A stretch of DNA of 64,000 nucleotides from NCBI RefSeq assembly GCF_006345805.1, contig NW_021832226.1, forward strand, positions 124,001 through 188,000, read 5' to 3'. Both the position numbers and the translations under genes were made by a program. This DNA comes from Octopus sinensis (taxonomy: Eukaryota). Below the pieces are notes generated by a model. That model saw only the letters and a program-made list of their open reading frames with translations. It was not told the origin of the DNA and made no database searches. Shown in pieces: positions 37,736 through 49,309 of this stretch (the first letter of the stretch is position 1; every line of letters starts with the position of its first letter).

Positions 37736-38084
37736 TAAAAATCTCACGTATTAAGAATATCCTTGATGAAAACGACAGCGAGAATATTAACAATGATGAA
37801 CTCCCAATTATTCGCGATAAAGAAATTCAATTCATCTTATGATTTTCTCTTTAAAATTAAATGCATATACCATTCAAAATTAAACCTATTATCATATTTG
37901 ACTTTGACAGAATGTGCAATTACAGATTGCACGACCTTGAATAGAGTGTGCAATTAACAGATTTTGAAAAACACTTTGATAGTTGAAACCACATTAGCAA
38001 AATCATTAACACAATTTACCACCAATTGACAGCGCAATTAGAAGAATTTGCGTAAAAATATTAACTATTTAGTTAAGTTTTTCG

Positions 38085-38290
38085 TAAAGATAGAATTTAT
38101 TTTCGGTATGCCTCTTTTCCTAAACTTTTTTATTATTCAAAAATAATTTTTTCAATAGATAACTGAAGGAGGGAAGACGACCTTAAGAAAAGAAGTTTTT
38201 CGAAAGATAGAATTTATTTTCTGTATGCCTCTTTTTCCTAATATTTTTTATTATTCAAAAATATTTTTTAAATAGATAACCGAAGGAGGA
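38085..38290. repeat. Two diverged ~115-bp direct repeats inside the Helitron
   Basis: AAGATAGAATTTATTTTC.GTATGCCTCTTTT...AATAGATAAC.GAAGGAGG occurs twice. Confidence 0.75.
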
Positions 38291-40386
38291 AAAACGAAGC
38301 TGAAGAAAAAACGGTCAGCTTAAGGTAATTAAATCTTTTTTGTGTGTCGCTTTTTTGCTGCTGCTACTACTCTGCCTGCCGCATCTCCGGCTGCCCCATC
38401 TCCGCCAGTGGTTTGTCTAATCAAGGTCACTAAGCTAAATCTCCGGACTATAAAGGCTCTTAAGCATTATCTTAACTGGCTGTTAAAAATTAGACAGGTT
38501 GTTGCCGTGGCGGCAGAGATTTTTTTTTGTTTATCTCTTTTTTACAAATTTTTAAAGTTTTTTTTTGTTTTTTTATTTTTTTGTTTTTAAATTATTGTTT
38601 TTTTTTATTTTTTTTTTTATTTTCTACAAATTCAACCGGATTGAATTTTAAACTCCTTAGATCCCTCGGGAATGCCGAATCATCTTTTAAAGTAAAGATA
38701 GGCGTTCCAGTGGTTTATTACGAAATCTTGCGCCACCTAAATTATGCAACGGAACGAGGTTAGTTATCAAAAATGTGATGGCTAACGTAATAGAGGCGAC
38801 GATATTCACAGGTAAGTATAGAGGTGAGGATGTTTATATTCCACGAATTCCGATAATTTCTGATGAATTACCATTTAGATTTAAAAGGCTGCAATTTCCT
38901 TTGGGATGAGTTTTGCAATGACAATAAACAAGGCCCAGGGACAGTCATTAAAGGTAGTTGGGTTATTTTTAGAGAGTGAGTGCTTTTCACATGGACAGCT
39001 GTATGTGGGATGCTCGAGGGTAGGCAGAAGAGAAAATTTATTCATATATGCCAAGGAAGGACGGACGACAAACATCGTTTATCAACAGGCGATAGAATAG
39101 GGTTACATTAAACCAGGTAGTTTTATACATCTACATAAACTTATAGTTGTTTGATGAAACAGGCCCTCCGCAGGAGCTAGGTCGCGGTGAGCGAAGCGAG
39201 CTGCCGAGCTAGTACATATTAAAATCTTTGACGTTTGGATTTTTATAAAAGGCAAAAGTTAAGATTATAGCTTGAAATTCGATTTTTTATTAAAATAAAT
39301 TAACCATTCAATAGAAAAAAATCGAGAAAATGAGTGTTCCGTTTTTTATTTGTATCGCTGTATTAGGATTTTTTCAATTGCAATTTGGGGGATTTTTTGA
39401 CAGGCTTGTTAAAGGCAGTTTATTAGTTAAGCAAAAGAGATTCTGTCCTTAATAAAGATTAAAAGACTTGCCATTCCAGAAAATTAACAGGGATAAAGTT
39501 CCTTATGTGGATCAGGTTTAAACAATCGATCCTCTTAGCTGTTAATGAATGGCATGGAGATGAGAATGGTCAGTATTTAAGCCTCAGAAGCGGGTTTAAT
39601 TATTAAATGAAGGGGTAGCTGCAGTACGTGATTTTGGTGATGTTGATAAGTGTTTGTTTTAAGGCTGCTCATAAACAGAAAAAATGGAAAAAAGAACCTT
39701 TAGGGTTTAGTTGAAAATTCAATTTCAAACGACTACTTTTGATATTTATCTTTTTAATTTGGTTTTTTATTCTCCCTCCAATGGAACACAAGAAACGGAA
39801 CAATAAAGTAACGTGATCCCAAAACGCTTAAAGAAAGTTTCCATCCTTTCTCAATTTTCTTCGCGTGAGCCAGCGCAAATGCGTATTGGACTTGTAGGTT
39901 AAATGTCGATGGTCGTTTGTGTTGCATCAAAATCAAAAAAATTATCAAATAAATTTAAAATTGGTTTTTACAAGATTTAAAGCGATTAAATCCTCAAAGT
40001 TGAAATAAAATATTTCGAATAACCACAATTCATTAATTGTTTTGGTCATATGTGTCTCATAAATTCAAAGTGCCAAAATAGTAAGTTATCTCGAGTTTAT
40101 ATCATTTAAAGTTAACTGCATCAAAAAAGTGAATTCAATCAAACAGGCAATCGCTACTACTCAAAAACATGCTTTTGATTATAATTCAGGTATTTAAATT
40201 AAAATTTTCCCCTTTTGACGGAACATGAAATAAAATTATTAGCTTTTGCGGTTTTATCGCGACGGAAAAAAGCACTTATATAACTCTTAATGGCAATAAT
40301 AATGAGGGAGATGCTATTTGTATAGAAAACCGCGATATTTATAGCTTATACGTGTTATAGTGACCACAGTTAATAAAAAAAATAAT

Positions 40387-41724
40387 ATGGTGGAAATCCG
40401 TAAAATCAAGTGCAGAGATGCTGCCAGAGTTCGTCGCGAAGAAGAAAGCTTTTATCACAAACAGCTTTTGGCAATTTTGCCAATTCCTAAATGTCTGAAC
40501 ATAAATTTCAGCAAAATTATGAATCTCAGAATAGCTATTGCCTATATAAATTATCTAAAGTTCATTTCTGGTATGTTTTTAGTATATTTGTAAATTTTAA
40601 GAGATTAATCCTTATGAAAACCGTTTTTCTTCTATTGACTGTAATTTATTAACAAATTTTGAATTTATTTTCCTGTTATTGAATCAATCTGGAAACGTGT
40701 TATGCCATTTTGGAGGAGACGTAGAATCCCAGATATCATCTTTTTATGTTTCCCATTAATGTCCCATTATTTTATTAGTTTAATGTAATAGGAAATCGTA
40801 TTATCGATATAATACATCCAAGTGATCATCAAATTTTCGACTTTACTGATTCAAAGGATACAAATTTGTTCTTTTTCATAAGGGTGAAGAGCAACATTTT
40901 TTCCAAATCAAAATATATATGCCCTAGACAACCTGCTTATAAAGTATTGGCTCTTTTTAAATCGCAGGTGATGAAACTTACTCTAAAAATTATAAACACA
41001 AAAGCCAATTCTTCAAAAGATTTACAAGTCTCGAATGTTTATGCATTCGCAATGTTAGAACCAGTGTGCAATTTTAAATCAGATTCATCTCTAATCAGTT
41101 TTAACTCCGATCTACATTCAATACATTCTTTAAATATGGATTTCTTGAATCTCTCCACATCGTATACTTATTGGCGTGATAGTTTATACTAGGCTTGCAG
41201 ATTTGTTGTACTACGATCAGGATTTTCTTATTGGAAAAAATTTTTATCACTACGTTTTCCCAGCAGACGTCAATTATATTTTTATGACTTTTAGAGACTG
41301 TATTAGAGTTAAAATTTTATTATTTAGTTTTGAATAAAGGAATGTCAGAGACACTACCTTATAGAATTCTTACTGGTAATAATAACTATGTCTGGGTTAT
41401 TACCGAATTGTGCTGCTTCAATGAAGATTATAGCCCTGCAAATCATTTTATTCTCTGCATCCACCATCCCATTAAGTAAATGAATTGAAATTTATAATTT
41501 TAATTAGTTTTAAAAATTTGGAGAACAAGTCGGTTTATAATTTTGAAAATGCGGTTTCGAAACAACCAAGAAATACAACAAACATTTATAATAAAAAACG
41601 AACAAATTTAACAGTATATATTATTAAAAAATATTTTTATTAGAATCTGACCATGTCTATCCCATCATGGAATAACCCAAATATTAATCCAAATCGTTAC
41701 AGCCATTCTATAGATGAACAATAA
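40387..41724 (+). CDS. Class I bHLH-PAS transcription factor (HIF-alpha/SIM/Trachealess-like)
   Basis: bHLH RKIKCRDAARVRREEES..LPIP..SKIMNLRIAIAYI; PAS-A IIDIIHPSDH and FFIRVKS..PAYKV; PAS-B SIHSLNMDF..YHYVFPADV..KGMSETLPYRIL..YVWV. The 3' exons and stop at 41722-41724 are tentative. Confidence 0.72.
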
Positions 41725-42300
41725 TTGACGCCATTTTTATGAAATAATTTTATTAAACAATACCTTTTGGATACATTAGATATCTTAGACAAAGTCCCCA
41801 TAGATATGAATAAAAATAAAATTACTCTCGTCGAAGTGCGAATTACATCCCAGGATCGTCTAAAACAGGTCAAAGTTGGGAAATTCCATAAATGCGAGCT
41901 TTTTGCTGGAGAGTTGTCGAGACTCTGTAACTTCAAGTCAAAATAATTTCACAGGTTATGACTTGGAATAGAGTTGTTTTAAAGTTTTTTAAGAACTACA
42001 TTGAAAAGTCAACTATAAGAAAAACCTGTATACAATCAGTCATGTTTAGGAAAACATTGGAAAGTATATGGTCGAATAAGGTATAGGATCAAAATTACTA
42101 GAGACGATATAAATTCAGCCAGTAGTTTCATAATTAAAGCAAGTCATAATTTATTTTGAGACAAAAAATGAAGAAAAAAAGCCTTAACTTATTTGGAGAC
42201 AAAAGATAAAAGAGTGGTGTTAATTATTTTCTTTTCTAAAAGAAGATTAATCTCTAGCGGATAACAATTGAATTAATATTCCAAAATAACTATCTTAAAT

Positions 42301-42910
42301 GTTATTTTTGAAAGTAACCACAACGAATACGTGTTAATAGATTAATCGATGGGAGGGCCAGCGGCCTGACGGATCGCCAAACTGTTCCCCCTGAGAACGG
42401 CGATCGAGAATTGCTGGAAAAGCCAGGATGTCCCGCACGTGTGTCGTTGTAGCTGCACTGTTGACACTTTAGGTCTGCATCCTTTATCGTGCAGGAGGAG
42501 TGCCGGACGTTTTCCAAGGCACTCGGCTATGAATGACATCATAGGGAGGGCCCTCGACTCGGCGAGATTTTCTTCGGTTCTCGAACCACTGGGTTTTGAC
42601 CGCGGTGACGGGAAACGTCCTGACGGAATGACCCTTTTCCCTTTGGAGGGCGGAAAAAGTCTCGTATGGGACGCAACCTGTTGGGACACATTTTCTGCTT
42701 CACATCTAACTTCGTGTGCTCTGGAAGCTAAATCTGCTGCTAAGAAGGCTGAAGATTTAAAGCTGACTAAATATTCCGCCCTTATGGATGAGTTCTTCGT
42801 GATGCCGATAGCGGTGGAGACGTCGGGTGCTCTCGGTCCAAAGACGAAAAACTTCCCCTGTAAACTCGGGGCCAAAATCTCCATGTGCACTCACGATCCT
42901 CGGGAGGTGG
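42301..42910. mobile_element. CRE-like non-LTR insertion with inverted 5' segment
   Basis: 12-bp TSD ACTATCTTAAAT at 42289-42300 and 42911-42922. 42301-42435 is the 3' end on the minus strand (SWLFQQFSIAVLRGN..*). 42433-42910 is the upstream RLE segment on the plus strand (HVCRC..HPLSC..DGKRPDG..WDAT..ETSG). Confidence 0.88.
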
Positions 42911-43579
42911 ACTATCTTAAATTAGTTTTGAAATCATTAATCCCTTTGAACATGCTCAAGTTTTTATTTTACTATTAACCAGACAAATAATCTTTTTGTC
43001 AGCTCCTACTGAATTATTCCACTACGTTATGTTTTAATATTCAATGATAATGTGAAGAAAATCGTAAAATTTTAAATCCATGACACCGATTTGAATAATT
43101 CTTCCAAATTTAGCACAATTTTTATAAAATTGTGCTAATTATTCAGAAACCAACATTATTCAAAAACGACGAAAATATTAGTTTTCTATTATAAATCATA
43201 CAACTTCAAAAAACATTTGAGAATTCAAGACATATAAGTTTAAAATAAAAATTTTTTAAAATTCAATTCAAAAATTACTCTAAGTAGAGTCAAAATTTCT
43301 TTTTTATATAAACTATATGCGAATTATCATGTTTATTTAGTTTTAAATAAAAAAATTTGTGTGAACTGTCTGTATAAGTAAATTTTTATTCAAGCTCGAT
43401 TTGAAATTTAAAAAATTGAATGTTAAATTCTTCATAAAAATGATTTCAAAGCATGTTTCAATTCAACAGCCTTATTTCATGATTAATTAAGAAAATTTAA
43501 GCTTTAAAACCAAAGGATTCGTTTCAAGGAAAATACTCACACAAAAGATCTATTCCTCAAATATTGATACGAATCTAAA

Positions 43580-44485
43580 ACTATGGCTTGGGAATTTCCT
43601 GAGCGGCCGTCGGGGAAGGGCTTGCTGTGGAAACAGATCTTCCATATCGAGACTATTACCAAATGGGGTCCCTCAGGGTTCTCCACTATCTCCACTTTTA
43701 TTCAATCTCATGATGAACGACATACCACAGCCAGAAGGGGACAACGATCTGTTATTACTATATGCAGACGATATTATCGTCGCATCAAGGGATGTGAGCA
43801 TAATAAAAGCAACGAATAGAATACAGGATAACCTCAACAATCTGATTTCATGGCTATATAAAAACGAACTGGAGGCAAGTCCGGAAAAATCTATTTTGAC
43901 TCTGTTTACGAAAAACAGAAGGCTTGGGAAAGTCTCAATTGAAGCGAAGCTAGACGGGGAAATTATACCGCAGAGCAAAACCCAGAAGATTCTTGGAGTT
44001 ACATTCGACACCTTTCTAACCTTTTCAACCCACGTCGAAAATGTAGTTATGGCGGGTGCAAGAAAGGTTAACTTCCTGAATGCCTTCCTGAAGAACGCAG
44101 GAGAATGCAAAGGCCTATATGGCCTAAACAACATATATAATCAATACTTGGAACCTACGATCGGCTATGCGTGCGGAATCTGGGGAACAAACTTAAGTGC
44201 AAACAATCAATCAAAAATCGACAAAATTCGGTTGAAAGCGACAAACCTGCTAAATACTTTTTCCGATAAAGAGATTATCCCAAAAGCCTGGAACAGCATC
44301 ATAAAGTCATCTGCAATCCATCTACGAGATGTTCGTCCTGTAAATCCACGTCCGTACCGAAAATGCGTCGGGACAACGGCGGAACATGGGAGAGGCTGCG
44401 CGAACTGCTGAGGGAGGCTGGGATCACCTGAATTCTTCTTTCTTTTGGCTATGACGGTGGTTTTCTGGTTCAAATAAATAAATAA
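43580..44485 (+). mobile_element. 5'-truncated LINE (GIT-stop family, subfamily C)
   Basis: GVPQGSPLSPLLFN, YADD, KILGVTFD, YLEPTIGYACGIWG ... RPYRKCVG..H..LLREAGIT* (one frameshift), and a (TAAA)n tail at 44472-44485. Confidence 0.9.
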
Positions 44486-44597
44486 TTCGTTTCATGTAAA
44501 ATAACTCTAGGCGTCATTAAAAACATGCAGGTATGTTCCTTTGATTTCATAATTAAACTAATTAATATAATTAAAAAATATAATAAGATTTTTAATA

Positions 44598-45243
44598 TTA
44601 AAAATGAGCAAAATTATAATATTTGGTCAAGGTTTCGATTTTTTTATTTTCTTCAAGATTTTTATAATCTTCTGGACAGGAGTTTCTTCCGGAAAATTTA
44701 TGATTAGCACAAAAACAGTGTCGACAAAATCTATGTTTACAGCTACAACAAGCTGTCATTCTCCAACGAATGTCTACTGAATTTGTTGTAAAGCACAAAG
44801 GGCACTCAATAGACTCGGGAACCTAAAAATCATTAACAACGAATCGATAAAAATAAAATATTTTAACAAGAATTTAAAATTAATTAATTTCTGGCTTAAT
44901 AATACTGAATTGTTATTGTAATCTTGTCCTGTTACTGATTGTGAGTTTTTTTCCAAGACAGTGTAATTTGGATTGATGTTTTCCTATTGGTGATTTATTT
45001 CCAATTTATTATTACTTTATTACTTTGGTCAAAAAAACTAATTTCGTTATTAGCAATCATAGTTCCAAGTTCACAAAGAAGCCTAACGTTATAAAACTTA
45101 TGCGGAGTCCGGTAAAAACGATATTTGTAGTGAGAAGAAAGCGCAATCGTGTTTCGTTTTATAATCAATAAGTTTTGCGATTGCTGCGAATATTTTAATA
45201 TTAAAATGAACTGAAATTTAATCCAAAGTAATAGTGGGTTCAT
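44598..45243 (-). CDS. Small hypothetical protein with C-terminal Cys/His cluster (IBR-like spacing)
   Basis: Last exon CPLC-x14-CCSC-x4-C-x2-C-x4-H-x7-C follows a good AG acceptor near 44822. Upstream exons are uncertain. Confidence 0.4.
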
Positions 45244-46024
45244 CTGTCAAGTAGAAACCTCAATTTTATTGAACGAATTAATTAATGACTAAAACGTCCT
45301 TGTTTGACAGAATGCTAGTTATACATATGGACCTACCACTAAAACGAAGCTAAAATGTTGTCGAATTAATTGTAAAGAAGAATAATAATGTCAAATCAAA
45401 GTAAAGTAGAAAATAGGCACTTGAATTAGATTTTAATTACATTGTTTGTGATTAGATTTGACATAATTTTTTTTATACTTCAAATAATGGCACCATCAAG
45501 GTTATAGAGTTTAGTGGATTTTTGTATAATGGCTTAAGTTGAATTTAGTTCAAGTGCATTTCTCTTTGATCTACTAAGAGAAATTTTAGATCGATTATTA
45601 GATACTCTGTTTCATTTCATTAACATAATTAGTCATATAAATGAAAAACTTTTCTCCTCTTCATATTTCTTTAGTTTAAAAATGAGAAGTATAATAAAAT
45701 TATTAAAGTCTTTTTAAAAAGCCTCTTTTCGCTATCTTTATTTAGTTAATACAATAGCTAATAAAGATAGGTCCCTTCAGCACTGTCACGATTATTATTA
45801 AAAACAAACTTCGGTTTAGTTTGAATATTGACATAAAATGTGCCTACATTTGATCAACTGATCTGACCTACTGTGGACCTCATGCTTTGTAATGACCCAC
45901 GACATAGTTCTAATAATAGATCATTTTACTTAATCCTCGAGATTATTTAAAAATTAAAAAACCACATGATTTAGTAAAAGTATAATTTTGTGTTAAATAA
46001 TCAATAAATTAAGATCCAAGAATC

Positions 46025-48571
46025 TTAACTTCCACCAGTCACAACTTTTGCAAGAGTGTTCTTATAGTTTAATGCAGCGGTTCTCAAATGCGGCCCCCGG
46101 GGCCGCATGTGGCCCCCAGGATTTTTTTTGCGGCCCCTCTAGAGTAACTAACTTTTTAAATTTTTTTAATAATGTTTAAATTTAATTATTCATTCTTAAG
46201 GTTAAACATATCCATAATTGGTGATTTCGAAGCACGTTTTGGGGTACATTTATATAAATTTAATTTTTAGAATTTTAAAGAATTCCTTCCTTTAATGAAA
46301 ATATTCGAACTCCATTCAGCGTGGAAATTAAGGATGCGCCTGCAAAGTTTCAACTAGAACTCATTAATTTACAACATGATATAGAACTGGCGGCATTGTT
46401 CAAAAATGCGTCCATTATTAATTTTTACGAATTAATTCCTCAAGACAAATTCAAAAATATAACACACAATGCATATATGAATCTACATATTTATGCGAAT
46501 CAATATTTAGTAAAATTGAAAATATAAAAATATATAAAATATTTTTTGTGCGGCCCGCGAAGCTAATCTTAATTATCGATTTGGCCCTTGAGCTAAAAAG
46601 GTTGAGAACCCCTGGTTTAATGCAAGAACATACAAACTTTAATACTCTTTTCCAGCAAATGTAGAAAATATTCAGTAGCTGTAGAATCAACTCCCCTTTC
46701 AGTTGCATTAGCCAAATCCTTTTTGACTGAACGATATGTAAAATTAAAAATTTTTTTGATCTAAGAACTAAGTCAGAATTTTAGAAAACCTCTTCGACAG
46801 TGAAATTGTTGGTGTTTAAAGAATCAATTTGAATTGCATTTTGTTGAAGCTCCTTCTTTTGAGATTTCAACTGTTGATTTCTTTCTAACATCTTTTTTAC
46901 AGTAGATTTGTGGAGATTTGCAACAACTATGAAACTCAAAAATATTTTTCTAACAGTTAAAGCGAGTTGCAAAAAAATCAACTCTGGGTAATAAACTTTT
47001 TGTAGATTCCATTAAATTTCTTTCAAGAACTTTAACCATTTCACGCTGACTTGAAAGTGCAGACTACACAATAAACATAAGTTATAAGACAAACTCGATA
47101 CGTTGTCAAAAGACGTTGTTTGTTATCAGAAGAAAATTGTATTTGAACTGATTTTCTTTTTAAATTGTTAAACATATTAAATAATACCTTTCTGGTAAAA
47201 TTTGAGGAGTCCCGCGGGTTTGATTAACCACAAACTTCATCATTTTTTGAATTTCTTCCAAGGCGGATTTTGTTTCAGAATAAGCATTTCTCGAATCTGC
47301 GATAAAATTTTGTAGTTCTAAAAGATTAATTTTCAAGAGAAACCGATTTGATTTGAAAAATTTGGATTTATTGTTACTGGTGCAATGGCAACTTCATTAG
47401 TTCTTAAATTTTCTGTCTCGCAATCAGCATTAATTTCAAAGTCAGCTAGAATTTACAATAAACTGTTACTTGAATATACAAAATCCGTAATCAAAGAGGA
47501 TGGAACGATCTAAAAATACAAATACAGTAAAAGTACTACTGAGGGGACTGAGTTGGGTTGTTTCTTAGATTCTAGAAATAATGTCGGCTTGCCTACTAAA
47601 GCTATTCTCTCTAATAAAGACTGTTAATAATTTTTAAAGATTATGACCTCTTTTGCAGGCTTTACTTTCACTTCACTTGACTGGACAGATTTTGGATCTA
47701 TAAAGTCCAACTAAATGATTAAGAATATTAAATTTAATAACTATATAGAACAAACCAGGCGAATATCAAGTCCCATAATTTCGGAATGCTTAGGGATATC
47801 CTTAAAGGACAAGTGGCGACTATCAAAAACGACAAGAACATGATCATCGCAGAGCATTGAAAGTAAATATGTTATTATAAGCTATTTTATAATGCCTAAA
47901 AAAATGAACGTGTTCCAAATCATTTTTGGATGGTTGGACTATATCTATAATTTCATTTTTTGAAAAACACTAAAATAAGAATTTCCAACATTTACTGTTT
48001 TCATCCCTGATAAATCGCATTTAAGCAATGAATACTCTATTCTAACAGAGTTACCAATTTCTGGTCTCCGAAAAACGGCTGCCTTTCTCATGTAACATTT
48101 CCCCACGTGCCAGGCATCGATGGGTGTTCGAGCATAAAAGACACAAAGAAAAATCTAAAAGTTTTATCAAAATAATCACTTGTCGAAATGCTTCTACAAA
48201 AATTTTTAGATTGGGGAATCTTATAATCCATTGAACCTCGGCATCGTCGAGATAACTAATTTCGTGTTCCTCGCAAATCTTGTATATTAAAAATCCTCTA
48301 AATATACGGAAAATTCAAATGCCAAATGAATGCTAGCAACTGAGATGTGTTGAGTTTTATTAACATAGACGAGGATTCGACACTAATTATTTACAAAATA
48401 TAATCCAACTTTATGCCTGTTTTGATCGCCGAGTACAGCCAGAGATAAAGATTTTGGTGGTTCGCGCACGTTTTCATTGCTTTGTTGAGGTTAGAATGGG
48501 AAAGATATTAATTACCATTTAATTGCTAATATTTTTGTTGCGAAATAGAGTTTTGATGCAGCAGATGTCAT
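46025..48571 (-). CDS. FKBP15: FKBP15/WAFL-like protein (WH1-like domain, degenerate FKBP domain, coiled coil)
   Basis: AVLGDQNRHKCRILVYVNKTQHISVASIHLAFE and SYLDDAEVQWIIRF match the FKBP15 N-domain. The C-terminal IKKIFNFTYRSVKKDL..LEKSIK|NTLAKVV matches the FKBP15 coiled-coil end. The start is tentative. Confidence 0.68.
46075..46614 (+). mobile_element. hAT deletion derivative (MITE-like) in the last FKBP15 intron
   Basis: Ends CAGCGGTTCTCAA / TTGAGAACCCCTG with 8-bp TSD GTTTAATG (46067-46074, 46615-46622). Internal hAT remnant FQLELINLQHD. Confidence 0.92.
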
Positions 48572-49309
48572 AAATTCTTGCTCTAATGACTGTTAAGACA
48601 TATTTAATTAATCAAAACATTCTAGTTTTTTGATATTCAACAAAAATTGGAACTCTTAAATTAATAAAAAATATTCAAAAATATTTTTAATAAATTATTA
48701 ATTTAAGCTAAATAAAAAATATTTAAATACATTTTTAATGAAAAATTAATACATTTCTAGAAAGCAAAAATAAATGTACATCCGTTTAATATTTACACGG
48801 TTTTGTAGAAAAACACAACCCTTCGACTTCAATACTTAAAAGCCTATAATGTAAATTTATCTAATTATATATAGAATCCTTTATCGCAGTGGTTCTCAAC
48901 GGTGAGCGATTCGCCCCCTAGGGGGCGATTTATTTTATTAAGGAGGAGATGGTTAATTGCTAACATTTCAAAAAATTAAAATCTTATGTTAGAAGTCGAT
49001 AATCTTTGAAAAAATAAAGATATATAATCGAATCTAATTATTATATTTACATTTCTACGCGTGATTTCTAGTTATCTTGATGGGTCGTGTTCAAAAAAAG
49101 TCAGAATGTATAAAGATCAATATATTTTTCTTGGATTTGTTTAAGATCCTCAAGAGCCTAATAAACCACTTTTGTGAAAAAAAGACAGACTTTTTCTAAA
49201 ATTAAAAAAGAATTTTGAAAATAAAAACACCTTACCTTACCGCCGATCTTTAATAAAAATATATATACTTTTTATCTTTTTATGGACGATAAAAGCTATT
49301 TTCACTTTA

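Larger units (their letters stand above)
36694..39212 (+). mobile_element. Non-autonomous Helitron (2.5 kb)
   Basis: A|TC...CTAG|T junctions with no TSD. The 5' end TCTTAATAATAAAATGG is followed by a GT/GTCT microsatellite. PIF1 helicase C-terminus FKRLQFP..FAMTINKAQGQSLKVVG..FSHGQLYVGCSRV. GCGAAGC mini-hairpin before the terminal CTAG. Confidence 0.88.
35370..39360 (+). mobile_element. Near-full-length defective Tc1 with long TIRs; Helitron inserted in the right TIR
   Basis: TA-flanked ends CAGCGATACAAATAAA..CGGAACACTCATTTTCTCG. Transposase 35633-36640 (HTH; IFNDESKF, QQNNDPKH, SPDLNPIEHVW) has a frameshift near 35870, a TGA near 36018 and D-to-N at the second catalytic Asp. Confidence 0.92.

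Noticed and set aside
38527-38763. Phe-rich ORF as a membrane protein
   Set aside because: Translation of poly-T low-complexity DNA running into the Helitron helicase remnant.
42256-42269. 14-bp match (AGCGGATAACAATT) to the lac operator, suggesting vector contamination
   Set aside because: Only a partial operator, with no other vector sequence, embedded in ordinary AT-rich flank. Best treated as coincidence.
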